This document shows positions 1-9,903 of a stretch of DNA of 64,000 nucleotides, piece after piece. A program made the translations under genes and the position numbers. How positions within the stretch are numbered: position 1 is the stretch's first letter; the number at the start of each line of letters is the position of its first letter. Source of the stretch: a virus; the IMG/VR virus record IMGVR_UViG_3300025141_012985, positions 20,178 through 84,177 of that record; one strand, written 5' to 3'. A model generated the notes under the pieces. It was given only the letters and a program-made list of their open reading frames with translations. It did no database searches and was not told the origin of the DNA.

Positions 1-17
1 AACGTGATATAAATCCA

Positions 18-3000
18 GTGTTAAATCCTGCTGTAACAGTAGCTTCTATCATTGAAAATCTAGACAACCAGCTCGGTGACAGTTACACGGACTTCAGTGA
101 TTGGCTCTTAGAGCCCACTAATAGAGATGAATGTATTAGGAACTTTCTCATCACCCTCACGTTCGTGATAGCGAATAATTTTGAATATAATCCAAATACC
201 ACCCCGATCCCATCTGGAATGTATAGAGACAACTTTAAAGTAAACGGAAGGCCAGATGATCCCAGCCGCCTGTTATATCCGTCGCTAGCTGTGTTTGTTA
301 TAAGTAATAGACATTTTAATCCTGCCTCAAGACATGTCTCTCAGGCTGCTTTATTTTCAGCAGGTGTTCCCACAACTGAGATGTCTCTCTGCTCTCCATT
401 CTTAAGGGTGAATTTTATTATTAACAGGCCCACTATGGAAAGATCAGGTACCGGAACTGGCATCGTGACCAGGTCTAATATGATATCATTTTTGACTGAT
501 GGATCTGTTCTCCCATGGACTTCTGATTTTTCACTTGCAAATGCAATAGAACCTGGTTCATCAGTCTTTGAGACGTCTCCATTTGGCATACTCCAGCGAG
601 ATCTCACTGGGCTAATGGCTAGTGTCTCAAACATGGATGTAGCAACTAAAACCAGAACAGGAATGGAGCTATTCACATCACCTCAGACTCTTGTGAATAT
701 GGATATAAATCAAGAAAGATCTGTTAAGGTTCTTGATCCAGCCCAGCCCCTTATGACACTTAATAGTGTATCAATAAAGGAGTATCAGTCTGGATTTGGA
801 CTAATTGGATTTAAGCGCGCAACTGTAAACATAACACTTCATGATAGAACAAGATTGGGAGAAATTGCATACTTTATCTCACCTGCATCATTTGGCCAGG
901 TCGAATCACTTATAGAATATGGATGGTCACACCCCAATTCAGATTTGCTTACTGGAAGTCCGTGGGGTTCATTTTTAAACTCTCTTAGGTGTGTTGGAAA
1001 ATATAGACTCATTAGGGGAAACTATAATATGGACCAAACCGGTCAGATTAAAATTACACTTGAGATGGGATCTATGGGTGGTGAGGAATCAAAGGTTACA
1101 CATGTCTGTACGGGAGATCATGTTCATATTTCTCTTTTAAACTCACTGATTAGAGATGTTAATGCGACTCTTCTTAGATTAGAGACTTTAGGGGGAAATA
1201 TTACAGAAGAGATAAGAAATATTCAGACAGTTTCTGTATCTGATGCCGGAAATCAACAGATGATTCCGAGAAAAACATATGATGATTTAAGGCATTTATC
1301 AGAAAAACTTGATACTGAGACAGCCACTGAAGACATAATCAGACGAGCAATGCGTGAGATCCTGGACGCTCTTCACGCAACAGCACCAGAGTATCTTGGA
1401 GTAGATGGAAATGCATCCACCGTTCAGTCTATTCTTGGAAATATTATGGGAAATTTAAATCCCACTACTACCGCTACAGACGATCCATTTCTAACAAACG
1501 TTATTCCATTTGCAGATCAGAAAGATATGAGCTTTCTTAGATTTGCAGACATAACTTACGGAATGTGGGGACAGTCGAGAGGTGCAGATCACGATCTAAG
1601 CTCCGCAGCAATGTCAGATGCACTTCTAGGAACCCTTATCGACACATCTAGGAGAGATGATGAAGAGGAGGAAGAGGAAGAAGAGGAGGAATCTCCTGCA
1701 CCCCCTATAGAGCCGGATGGTCTCGGAAACGGTGACTGGGTCTCTTTAGGGAAGCTAGTCACAGTAATGGTCGGTCACCCTCTTGCTGCAACTGGAAGAT
1801 TTGACGAGGTTCAGGTTTTATTTTATACTTTTAATGAATGCTCTGGTGCTATGCAATCAAGGCCTGTGTCTGATTTTCCAATTAGATTTTCTGCATTTTT
1901 TCAGAGAATAGTAGACGCTGTTGATTCAAATTCGAATCTAACAACAAGCAGAATTGAGACAATTCTTGCAAGGTTTGTAAACAACGGGGCTGCACAAGCG
2001 TATGGATTCAAAGACATATATTCAGAACAAAGAGAGGACCAAGAGAGGCTCGATGCTGAAAGAGAGGCAGTGAGAGAAGCTCGTGTTGCAGCAAGAGAAG
2101 AGCACGAAGAAGATGAAGCTGCTCTTTCAGCTGAGCTCACTAGGCTAGACACTAGGCTAGAAGATATAAACAAAAGTGCATACGACATGAGAACATTCCA
2201 GGCTAAAAGGATGCATAAGCTAGGAATGTGGCGCCCGAGATTTAAAATACCAAGATTGAAATTTTTGTATGAGGCGGTGCCCGCTTTAGTTTATTCGTCA
2301 GCAGGGGGTGTTCCATCTGTAAATAGAAATAAGACAATATTGAGAATTCATGTTATGGATTCAAATTCATCTTCTCATCCCGGAGAGCAACTTGTCTTAG
2401 ATACCATCACAGCTGGTGAAGCACCCGCAGTATTTTCGATGAGCACAACAGGTGCCGATAATGTTGGCCAGGGAGCAGAAATTTTACGGGGTGTGCTCGA
2501 TGCCGAACTTATAGAGCCTAGAGCTCCTGTGCAAGATGACCCAGCAGAAGCCTCTATACAAAGGATGGCAGCAGCTGTGTCTAGAGAGGCAATTCATGAC
2601 TATCTAAGAAAGACAGTTCCTACTGTTCAGTTTGGAACAGCATTTAGTCCGTTTAGCAGTGTAAGCATAAGCGGTATGTCAAGCGGTGCCTTATTTGACG
2701 CACTGTTATCAGATACATTCAGAGATGATGATGATGACCCGCAAGAGCAGGGAACAAACACATCAGGAATAGATGAGGTTACAGTTGTTCCAGTTACTGC
2801 AAAGGCTTCAAGCTTGGGAAATCCAATGTTCCACTACGGTCAGCAATTCTATCTAGATCTAAAGACTGGAACGACTGCAGATAATATCTTTACTGTTAGA
2901 GATGTTACACACAACATAAGCCCGGGAACTTTCACAACTGATCTGAGTTTCTATCCGGCAGGTCAAAATGCAACTGTTGATTCAATTAGGGCAAATCTTG

Positions 3001-3323
3001 CTTCAACGCTTTCACTTCTTGATCAGACTTCTGCGACTGCCGGCAGCGGTGAATCAAGAGAGACAATAAACAATCTTTCATCTGACGCTTCACAGGATTC
3101 AACACGTGTCCCTAGAGGTGTGGCTGCTGATATTGAACAATCTGTTGATGATTCAAGAGGATGGGCAAGTCACTGGAGATCGGTTCCGATTGAGATAGCT
3201 GCTGATGCAGAAAGAGAGGACTGGGCAGCATTACAAGTTGAACTCAAGGAGATCTGGGCAGATCAAAATATGACATTCGACCAAAAGAAAGCCCGCACGG
3301 ACGAGATTCTTGACTCGCTCTGA
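18..3323 (+). CDS. Putative baseplate hub protein (gp27/GpD-like) with acidic and coiled-coil inserts
   Basis: 1101 aa. C-terminal SLGNPMFHYGQQFYL...IFTVRDVTHNISPGTFTTDLSF matches the G-x-P...V-x-H...F-x-T pattern of hub proteins; IEYGWS motif in the N-terminal half. The start may lie outside the window. Confidence 0.55.
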   Translation: MLNPAVTVASIIENLDNQLGDSYTDFSDWLLEPTNRDECIRNFLITLTFVIANNFEYNPNTTPIPSGMYRDNFKVNGRPDDPSRLLYPSLAVFVISNRHFNPASRHVSQAALFSAGVPTTEMSLCSPFLRVNFIINRPTMERSGTGTGIVTRSNMISFLTDGSVLPWTSDFSLANAIEPGSSVFETSPFGILQRDLTGLMASVSNMDVATKTRTGMELFTSPQTLVNMDINQERSVKVLDPAQPLMTLNSVSIKEYQSGFGLIGFKRATVNITLHDRTRLGEIAYFISPASFGQVESLIEYGWSHPNSDLLTGSPWGSFLNSLRCVGKYRLIRGNYNMDQTGQIKITLEMGSMGGEESKVTHVCTGDHVHISLLNSLIRDVNATLLRLETLGGNITEEIRNIQTVSVSDAGNQQMIPRKTYDDLRHLSEKLDTETATEDIIRRAMREILDALHATAPEYLGVDGNASTVQSILGNIMGNLNPTTTATDDPFLTNVIPFADQKDMSFLRFADITYGMWGQSRGADHDLSSAAMSDALLGTLIDTSRRDDEEEEEEEEEESPAPPIEPDGLGNGDWVSLGKLVTVMVGHPLAATGRFDEVQVLFYTFNECSGAMQSRPVSDFPIRFSAFFQRIVDAVDSNSNLTTSRIETILARFVNNGAAQAYGFKDIYSEQREDQERLDAEREAVREARVAAREEHEEDEAALSAELTRLDTRLEDINKSAYDMRTFQAKRMHKLGMWRPRFKIPRLKFLYEAVPALVYSSAGGVPSVNRNKTILRIHVMDSNSSSHPGEQLVLDTITAGEAPAVFSMSTTGADNVGQGAEILRGVLDAELIEPRAPVQDDPAEASIQRMAAAVSREAIHDYLRKTVPTVQFGTAFSPFSSVSISGMSSGALFDALLSDTFRDDDDDPQEQGTNTSGIDEVTVVPVTAKASSLGNPMFHYGQQFYLDLKTGTTADNIFTVRDVTHNISPGTFTTDLSFYPAGQNATVDSIRANLASTLSLLDQTSATAGSGESRETINNLSSDASQDSTRVPRGVAADIEQSVDDSRGWASHWRSVPIEIAADAEREDWAALQVELKEIWADQNMTFDQKKARTDEILDSL

Positions 3324-3338
3324 AGCCCGATGAATTGA

Positions 3339-3367
3339 TGTACATTGCTTGATAGAGTTATTATGAT
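3339..3367 (+). promoter_or_regulatory. Class A promoter TGTACA-N17-TATGAT
   Basis: Directly upstream of the ATG at 3377; the same pattern recurs at 7 or more intergenic sites. Confidence 0.6.
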
Positions 3368-3376
3368 ATAATCACT

Positions 3377-4594
3377 ATGACTGTGTGCATACATAAGTCC
3401 CTAATTGGAACAAATCATCATCTGATAAGTCAAGATGGTGAATTTAGGTGGGATAGTTCAATACCAGAGGAAGCATGGTTATGCGGAAATTCAGATGACC
3501 ATCCAAGAAGTCTTGACGTCCTTTCTAAGTCAACGGGAGTGTCTCTGTCTACGTCTCCGTCTGAAGCGTACAGTACAATGTGGTCACTTTTAAGGCCAGA
3601 CGGGATGAAAAATGTTCCTATGTCTTGGGCACTTGAATCGGAAAGGTTCCAGACTCATTTAAAGCAGCTTCTAAGACAAATTGATGAACTTCTAAGCTCA
3701 CACCATGATTCCTATTATGCTAGAGAGTTCGTGACAATACGTCAGTTCCTGCAGGGTCTGGATAGGTGCAAGATAGACAAGAAGTCTGTTCTTAAAATTC
3801 TAAACGATGAGTCAGAAAGAGATGGATCTTTGAGATCATTTATTCCTGATGATTCTGGATTTTTGCAAAAGACTGTGTATAGTCAGACATCTTCCTGTAG
3901 CGGCCGGCTTACAGTTGTAAAGGGTCCTTCAATACTGACACTTAGAAAGGATAGAAGAAGTCTTTTAAGATCTTCATCTCAAACAGGGATAATTGTTCAG
4001 ATTGACTTTGTATCTCTTGAGCCCAGGGTTGCTCTTTCAATTTCTGACAAAAGTAGCCAGGGTGATATCTATGAATCTATTCGAAATAATGTTCTTGGGG
4101 GTGAGGTGAGTAGAGATGTTGCCAAGATTGCTACAATTAGCTCCCTATATGGAATGTCATCTAGAAAGCTCGGTGAGATGATCGGGGATAGAGATGCTTC
4201 TAGGGCTAGAAGAGTTTTGAGAAAGATCCGCGATCATTTTGAAATCTCAAGTCTTGAGAAAAGCCTACGGGAGTCTTCTAAAAGTGATCTCAAGATTAAA
4301 AGCCACTATGGTCGAGTAATGATGACAGATGACATGTCAAACCATGTTCTTGTCAATAGGTTTATTCAGTCAACAGCGACTGATGCTGCCCTGCTGGGAT
4401 TTAGAAATCTTGTTGATGAAATTCAAAATAAGGGAATCAGGGCTAGGCCAGTATTTGTTATTCACGATGCTCTAATCTTAGATGTTGAGAAAGATGACTA
4501 TCATAAGCTTAATAGTGTAGTGTCTGTCCCGCTCGAACTTCCAGATCTAAAGGGAACTTTTCCCGTATCAATAGAGATCATAGCCCAGCACTGA
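3377..4594 (+). CDS. Family A DNA polymerase-like protein, polymerase domain only
   Basis: GRL motif; motif A DFVSLEPRV; motif B RDVAKIATISSLYGM; QSTATD; motif C VIHDA. No exonuclease domains in 405 aa. Confidence 0.8.
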   Translation: MTVCIHKSLIGTNHHLISQDGEFRWDSSIPEEAWLCGNSDDHPRSLDVLSKSTGVSLSTSPSEAYSTMWSLLRPDGMKNVPMSWALESERFQTHLKQLLRQIDELLSSHHDSYYAREFVTIRQFLQGLDRCKIDKKSVLKILNDESERDGSLRSFIPDDSGFLQKTVYSQTSSCSGRLTVVKGPSILTLRKDRRSLLRSSSQTGIIVQIDFVSLEPRVALSISDKSSQGDIYESIRNNVLGGEVSRDVAKIATISSLYGMSSRKLGEMIGDRDASRARRVLRKIRDHFEISSLEKSLRESSKSDLKIKSHYGRVMMTDDMSNHVLVNRFIQSTATDAALLGFRNLVDEIQNKGIRARPVFVIHDALILDVEKDDYHKLNSVVSVPLELPDLKGTFPVSIEIIAQH

Positions 4595-4595
4595 A

Positions 4596-4602
4596 ATACT
4601 TA
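4596..4602 (+). promoter_or_regulatory. Class B (putative late) promoter ATACTTA
   Basis: Recurrent ATAnTTA just upstream of the RBS GAGAGG. Confidence 0.5.
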
Positions 4603-4616
4603 TATGAGAGGCTCGT

Positions 4617-5231
4617 ATGAATATTTCCACTAAGATGCTTAGGCAGATAATCAATGAAGAGATTAATGTCGCAAGAATAGAGAACAAAGGTCAGTTTGGG
4701 TATATTATGCAGATGATAATGGGAAGTCCAAATGAACCTATCTCAGACGATCTATACGATCCGATTAAGGGAAAGTTGATACTAAGAAAGGGTGAATCAT
4801 TTAATGATATTTCTCCTAGATCATCGCATATTCTTCTCAGGTATTACAACATAGATACGACACCTGATATTTATATTTCCGATTCGCCCGTGAGAAGGCG
4901 CAGAAAGCCTGATGATACTTCTTCTAGGCCTGCTGTAAAAGCAGGGCCAAGCGATGTCCAGACTGTTGCAAGCGCTCTTTCAGGGTATGTAAGGGGAGGT
5001 TCTCCCCCGCTTAGAAATGATGTCATAAAAATTGTCGCTGACTCAAAGAGAGGTGAGATTGCTGTCTATCTTAGAGGGCCAAGTGAGAGAATGGCCTCAG
5101 ATCAACAGATTGCATGTGCATTAAGATACTTGCTCGATGAAAAAATTTCGGCATCCGGAAGATATATCGTCAATCCGTGCGGCTTTGGCAATATGCCAAA
5201 GAATGATTTAATTGTCATAGTCAAGCTCTAG
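4617..5231 (+). CDS. Hypothetical protein with N-terminal LRQIINEE helix (putative internal head protein)
   Basis: Begins MNISTKMLRQIINEEIN; class B promoter upstream. Confidence 0.5.
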   Translation: MNISTKMLRQIINEEINVARIENKGQFGYIMQMIMGSPNEPISDDLYDPIKGKLILRKGESFNDISPRSSHILLRYYNIDTTPDIYISDSPVRRRRKPDDTSSRPAVKAGPSDVQTVASALSGYVRGGSPPLRNDVIKIVADSKRGEIAVYLRGPSERMASDQQIACALRYLLDEKISASGRYIVNPCGFGNMPKNDLIVIVKL

Positions 5232-5233
5232 CT

Positions 5234-5261
5234 TGTACAAGAGAGATCAGCGTGATATCAT
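5234..5261 (+). promoter_or_regulatory. Class A promoter TGTACA-N16-TATCAT (extended TGn)
   Basis: Intergenic, upstream of the RBS GAGG and ATG 5280. Confidence 0.55.
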
Positions 5262-5279
5262 TATATAGAGGTTAATATA

Positions 5280-5861
5280 ATGATATCAATAGATAAGATT
5301 GAGAGTAATTGGGGTGTATTTGAAAAACTTTGTGGAAGATTATCAGATCACAATCTGACAAATCTAATGTCGGCATTAGGTGAGAGATTTTCTACATGTC
5401 CAGCCAGCTCAAGGCTTGATCATCACTATGCGTATCCCGGCGGCTTGATTCAACAATCTCTTGATGTAACTTCTACAATGAGGACGATAAATGAGTCACA
5501 TGACTTTGGACTAAAGACAGCTTCAATTCTAAAGGTAGGTCTTCTTCATGATATAGGAAAGGTGGGATCAATAGATTGTGACTATTTTATTCCTCAAGAT
5601 TCTGACTGGCATAGGGAGAAGCTTGGCCAGATATTTAAATACAATGAAGATCTCAATAAGATGTCAGTCTCACATAGGTCTCTGCATCTTCTTCAACATT
5701 TTGGAATTTCACTAACAACAGAAGAGTGGCTTGCAATCCAGCTAGCAGCTGGATCACACTTTGAAGAAAATAGATTTTATGTAGGACATGAGCCAACTCT
5801 TGCTCTTGTATTACAGACAGCCAAGAGTATTGTAATTCACAAGTTCAAAAATATGCAATAG
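5280..5861 (+). CDS. HD-domain phosphohydrolase (YhaM/Cbf1-like)
   Basis: HHYAYPGGL and LLHDIGK motifs. Confidence 0.75.
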   Translation: MISIDKIESNWGVFEKLCGRLSDHNLTNLMSALGERFSTCPASSRLDHHYAYPGGLIQQSLDVTSTMRTINESHDFGLKTASILKVGLLHDIGKVGSIDCDYFIPQDSDWHREKLGQIFKYNEDLNKMSVSHRSLHLLQHFGISLTTEEWLAIQLAAGSHFEENRFYVGHEPTLALVLQTAKSIVIHKFKNMQ

Positions 5862-5886
5862 CTAATTGATATGAATATTTAGTTAT

Positions 5887-7767
5887 GTGAAAGATAAAGG
5901 CGAGAATAAGTCTGGATATTACTCCAGCCACGGTGCTATGGTTCCAATGGGCCCAGCATTTACCACAGATGGGTCTCAATATCTTGGAAGACCCCGAAGG
6001 CCAAACTATCAAGGATCTGCGGGTCAGCCCTCTATGAGCGCAGATAGCGGCCTCTCTTCTGTGGATGGAATTGCAAGAGTTAATAGGGGGTATGAGGATG
6101 AGATACATTCAGAGCCTATGTTTCCAGATCAAAATCCTGAAGAGGATGAGGATCTCTACTTCTTAAGAACAAGAAAGCTTCCCATATATCCTCGAAGCTC
6201 CCGCAAACAATCTGGTGCAAAGCACAGAAGTAGATATAAAAAACTAAACCCACTCAAAGAAGGATTTATTCCTGATTTTGTTGCAGATGCTGCAAAAAGT
6301 TTGGGACTTTCTGCTCCAGGAATTGATGCACTCATCGGAAAAATGATCCTTGATAGGGAGGCTGCTTCTGGAAATCTTGCCATTGAGGAGATGTGTAGGA
6401 TTGTAGGCTTAGACCCGACCATTATTGCAACAGCAATGATAGATGTTGATGATAGCCAAATGATAAATGTCATTCAGAATATTTGCAATCTTGACATGGA
6501 GGACAGATTAGCTGCTCGGACTAAGTTTAGAGAGTTTTTAAAATCTCTTAAAGATGCTGTAGTGACCCTAGTTCAGGCATATGATTCAGTATTTACACTT
6601 ATTGCAGGTCAGCTAGGACCGCAAGCAGCCACACCTGAAGAGGTCGCTACTATTCCTGCTGTTAACTTTGTTTCTGGAATTTCTGGATTTTTTATTAGGA
6701 CTCTTCCTATAGAGAGACTTATATTCAATCTATCATCAAAGCTAGCTCAGATGTTTACCGGTGTTATGGAGATATCAGAGCACATAGAATCAGTTTCTCC
6801 CAAGTACGGAGAAGCAATGGGACGACTTGAGAGCGGATTTGGTCCAGTTTTTTCAGCTGTTAGGCAAAAGCCGGGCCTCTCATTATCGAGACTTGGATCT
6901 CTATATGCCGCCCTAGATGGCGATACTTCACTTTGCAGGGTTGAAACTCTTCCTCTTACTGATGAGGCAGCAGTAGAAGTAGAGGAAGAACTATCGAGCA
7001 CTCCAGCTGTTACAACGATAGATGATCTAAGCGATCCTGCTGAAGATACTTTTCCAGCAGATGAGCCCGTGATTATGTCAGGCTTAGATGATGAAGAATC
7101 TCTATTTCCAGAGGCGGAAAACTGTGCATGTCCGATCTCAGAGTTGAGGTTTAGAGTTCTTGAGAATAGTTATAATAGAATTATGAGGAATTTAGATATG
7201 TCAGAATCTACGTTAAGAATGTTTATTAAAGAAATGATGCTAGAGTCAAAAGATAAAGAAAAAGAAGATGTAGAAGAAGTCGATATGCCCAGCAGATATG
7301 GTGGACCAGGATATCTTGCAGTTGATATTCCCCCTCTCGCACAAGAGTATATAGATGAAGACCAAGAAGAAAGAGAAGATGTCGCTGACCAGTATGCTGT
7401 AACATACAAGGGAGATCTGGGATACGCTGGGTATAGTGCTAGACCCGAAAGAACGCTCCCAGGCGGGCTTGCTGAGCAGGCTCTAAGAAGAATTATCAGA
7501 GAGGAGGCAAAAAAGCTTCTTTCTGGAGAAGATGATTCAAAAAAAAAAGATGAAGAAGAGCAGGAAGAGGCAGTAACAGTTGCTGGAATGGGATCGGGAA
7601 TGGGCCCTGTTACACCCCTTGGTACAGGTCCAGATGGTGGAAAAAAAACATCAATGACACCATCTGACGACGGCGCGAGAGAAAGATCAATTTACGCTAA
7701 TGAGAGAGGCTACGGTGGCGGTCAACGGTCAAGTTCATGGCTAGCTTATCCCAAAATGGGATATTAG
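5887..7767 (+). CDS. Acidic hypothetical protein with two LRxxIRE-type helices (putative processed head protein)
   Basis: MSESTLRMFIKEMMLES and LAEQALRRIIREEAKK; ATATTTA at 5875-5881. Confidence 0.5.
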   Translation: MKDKGENKSGYYSSHGAMVPMGPAFTTDGSQYLGRPRRPNYQGSAGQPSMSADSGLSSVDGIARVNRGYEDEIHSEPMFPDQNPEEDEDLYFLRTRKLPIYPRSSRKQSGAKHRSRYKKLNPLKEGFIPDFVADAAKSLGLSAPGIDALIGKMILDREAASGNLAIEEMCRIVGLDPTIIATAMIDVDDSQMINVIQNICNLDMEDRLAARTKFREFLKSLKDAVVTLVQAYDSVFTLIAGQLGPQAATPEEVATIPAVNFVSGISGFFIRTLPIERLIFNLSSKLAQMFTGVMEISEHIESVSPKYGEAMGRLESGFGPVFSAVRQKPGLSLSRLGSLYAALDGDTSLCRVETLPLTDEAAVEVEEELSSTPAVTTIDDLSDPAEDTFPADEPVIMSGLDDEESLFPEAENCACPISELRFRVLENSYNRIMRNLDMSESTLRMFIKEMMLESKDKEKEDVEEVDMPSRYGGPGYLAVDIPPLAQEYIDEDQEEREDVADQYAVTYKGDLGYAGYSARPERTLPGGLAEQALRRIIREEAKKLLSGEDDSKKKDEEEQEEAVTVAGMGSGMGPVTPLGTGPDGGKKTSMTPSDDGARERSIYANERGYGGGQRSSSWLAYPKMGY

Positions 7768-7807
7768 TTACCATCTAAGATCATTTAAAAAAATCTTCTC
7801 TAATTTC

Positions 7808-7836
7808 TGAACATATTTTGCAATTGACTGTATTAT
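7808..7836 (+). promoter_or_regulatory. Class A promoter TGAACA-N17-TATTAT
   Basis: Upstream of the SSB/recA operon. Confidence 0.55.
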
Positions 7837-7841
7837 TATAC

Positions 7842-7862
7842 TGTGATATGAATTATATCACA
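7842..7862 (+). promoter_or_regulatory. Inverted repeat TGTGATAT-GAATT-ATATCACA (leader hairpin or operator)
   Basis: Perfect 8-bp stem at the predicted transcription start. Confidence 0.5.
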
Positions 7863-7908
7863 CAGCTAATATTGCCAATTTACCAGTTTAAAAATTTAGG
7901 AGGTTAAC

Positions 7909-8688
7909 ATGGCATTTGACAGAGAGGCATTACAGCGAAGGCTTGATGCACTAAGCGGAAATCGAAGAAAGAAGTCTGCAACTTGGAGACCCACAGAGGG
8001 AGAAGACGCTACTATTAGGCTTATCTCTTTTCCAGATAATGACGGCCAGCCGTTTAAGGAGCTTTATTTCTATTACAATATTGGAAATAATCCGGGACTT
8101 CTTGCCCCTTATCAGTTTGGAGACCCAGACCCTATTCAGGAGTTGATTACAAAGCTTCGAGGCGATGATGCTCGTGAATCGTATGAGCTAGCTAAAAAGC
8201 TCTATCCCAAGATGAGAGTGTATGCTCCAATCATTGTTCGAGGAGAAGAAGACAAGGGTGTCCAGATCTGGGGATTTGGAAAGATGGTGTATCAAGCACT
8301 CCTTAACATTATGCTTGATGAGGACTATGGAGATATCACTGACCCACTTGAGGGAAGAGATGTCAAGGTTACCTGTACCCGAGAGGCGGGAAGAAAGTGG
8401 GCAACGACAACTGTTCGACCAAGAGGAAAGGAGACAGATCTCTCTACAGACAAGGCGCAAGCTACTGGATGGATGTCAGAAATTCCTGATCCAACAGCGA
8501 TGTATGAGTGCAAGTCTTATGATGAGCTCACTAAGATCATTAATGACTGGCTGAATTCTGATTCAGAGGATGATTCCATGGGAACTACCATGGGAGGATC
8601 TTCCACAAAGACAGACAAGACGCAAAAGTCCTCAGAAAATTCTGGGTATAAGTCTCTTGATGATGCTTTTGCAGATCTTATGGAGTAA
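7909..8688 (+). CDS. Single-stranded DNA-binding protein (T4 gp32-like phage SSB)
   Basis: WRP...IRL, GVQIWGFGKMVY, DYGDITDP.EGRD; acidic tail SLDDAFADLME; strong RBS AGGAGG; upstream of recA. Confidence 0.8.
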   Translation: MAFDREALQRRLDALSGNRRKKSATWRPTEGEDATIRLISFPDNDGQPFKELYFYYNIGNNPGLLAPYQFGDPDPIQELITKLRGDDARESYELAKKLYPKMRVYAPIIVRGEEDKGVQIWGFGKMVYQALLNIMLDEDYGDITDPLEGRDVKVTCTREAGRKWATTTVRPRGKETDLSTDKAQATGWMSEIPDPTAMYECKSYDELTKIINDWLNSDSEDDSMGTTMGGSSTKTDKTQKSSENSGYKSLDDAFADLME

Positions 8689-8697
8689 TTAGAGACT

Positions 8698-8724
8698 TGG
8701 GGGGGATTTTCCCCCCACATTTCT
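8698..8724 (+). terminator. Intrinsic terminator or stabilising hairpin
   Basis: TGGGGGGGA-TTT-TCCCCCCA followed by CATTTCTT, right after the SSB stop. Confidence 0.65.
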
Positions 8725-8760
8725 TACTCTATTTAGAAATTGATACATGGAGAGTGTACT

Positions 8761-9903
8761 TTGGCAAAAACTAATGATTTTACTAGTGAATTAATTAAGT
8801 CTCTTAACAAGGAGCATGGAAGTCGAGTTGCTTACAATCTAAGCCAAGATGAATCTCCTACACATGTTAATAGGTGGATTAGCACTGGGTCAAAACTTCT
8901 TGACTACATTTGTTCAAATAGGCGCAATGGCGGATTACCTGAAGGGAGAATTATAGAGATCTTTGGGCCGCCATCAATCGGTAAGTCTCACATTGCAACA
9001 CAGATTGCAAGAACCACTCAGAAAATGGGAGGAATTGTAGTATACATTGACACTGAGAATGCAACTTCTGTAGAAAATTTAAAGATGCTAGGGGTGGATG
9101 TCGCTAGACGTTTTGTATATGTTGACACCCACTGCACCGAAGAGGTTCTATCAATTGCAGAAGCAACGATAATGAAAGCAAAAGCAATGGATAAAGATCT
9201 TCCTGTTACAATTGTATGGGATTCTGTTGCAGCATCTTCTCCAAAGGCAGAGCTTCTTGGTGACTATGACAAGGAATCGATCGGCTTACAAGCCCGTGCA
9301 ATCTCGAAAGGTATGAGAAAAATTACCGGTGTCATTGCTAATCAAAATGTACTATTCGTAATTCTCAATCAGATAAGAACTAAGATCGGCGTGATGTATG
9401 GAGACCCAGACACAACACCCGGAGGGAAGGCAATTCCATTTCATGCCTCAACTAGAATTAAGCTAGGAGCAGGACAGCAGATTAAAGACGGAGATGATGT
9501 AATTGGTATTCATGTCTCTGCTAAGACTATTAAGAACAAGGTTGCCCCTCCGTTTAGAAAGATTGACTTTGAGATTCACTTTGGTGTTGGGATTAAAGAA
9601 CATGAGCAGGTCTTCGATCTATTGAGAAAAAACGGTGCTGAGACAATTGGTAAAAATTATGTAGGTGTTTCTGGAACAGGATCCTGGAAAACGTTCTCTG
9701 TGATAGATTGTGATACAGGTGAATCCATTATTGAGAAGAAATTTCATAAAGCAAATTTTAATGACATAATGACGAATCCAGAATATTCTAGCTATATTGA
9801 CGACTTGCTTGAAAAAGCAATGGTGAAAAAATTTAATCAAGATCCTGATATTGATATTGAATCTTATGAAGAAGTAAGGGCAGTTTCACTTGAAATTGAG
9901 TGA
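8761..9903 (+). CDS. recA: RecA/UvsX recombinase
   Basis: Walker A GPPSIGKS, YIDTEN, WDSVAA, NQIR, TPGGKAIPFHAS, KNKVAPPF. TTG start at 8761 after GGAG (track start 8740). Confidence 0.95.
   Translation: MAKTNDFTSELIKSLNKEHGSRVAYNLSQDESPTHVNRWISTGSKLLDYICSNRRNGGLPEGRIIEIFGPPSIGKSHIATQIARTTQKMGGIVVYIDTENATSVENLKMLGVDVARRFVYVDTHCTEEVLSIAEATIMKAKAMDKDLPVTIVWDSVAASSPKAELLGDYDKESIGLQARAISKGMRKITGVIANQNVLFVILNQIRTKIGVMYGDPDTTPGGKAIPFHASTRIKLGAGQQIKDGDDVIGIHVSAKTIKNKVAPPFRKIDFEIHFGVGIKEHEQVFDLLRKNGAETIGKNYVGVSGTGSWKTFSVIDCDTGESIIEKKFHKANFNDIMTNPEYSSYIDDLLEKAMVKKFNQDPDIDIESYEEVRAVSLEIE

Noticed and set aside
5280-5861. HD protein as DatZ of a Z-genome pathway
   Set aside because: No PurZ-like gene in the window, and the motifs fit the YhaM-like HD group better.
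7842-7862. CRP site (TGTGA...TCACA)
   Set aside because: The half-site spacing is 11 nt rather than 6.
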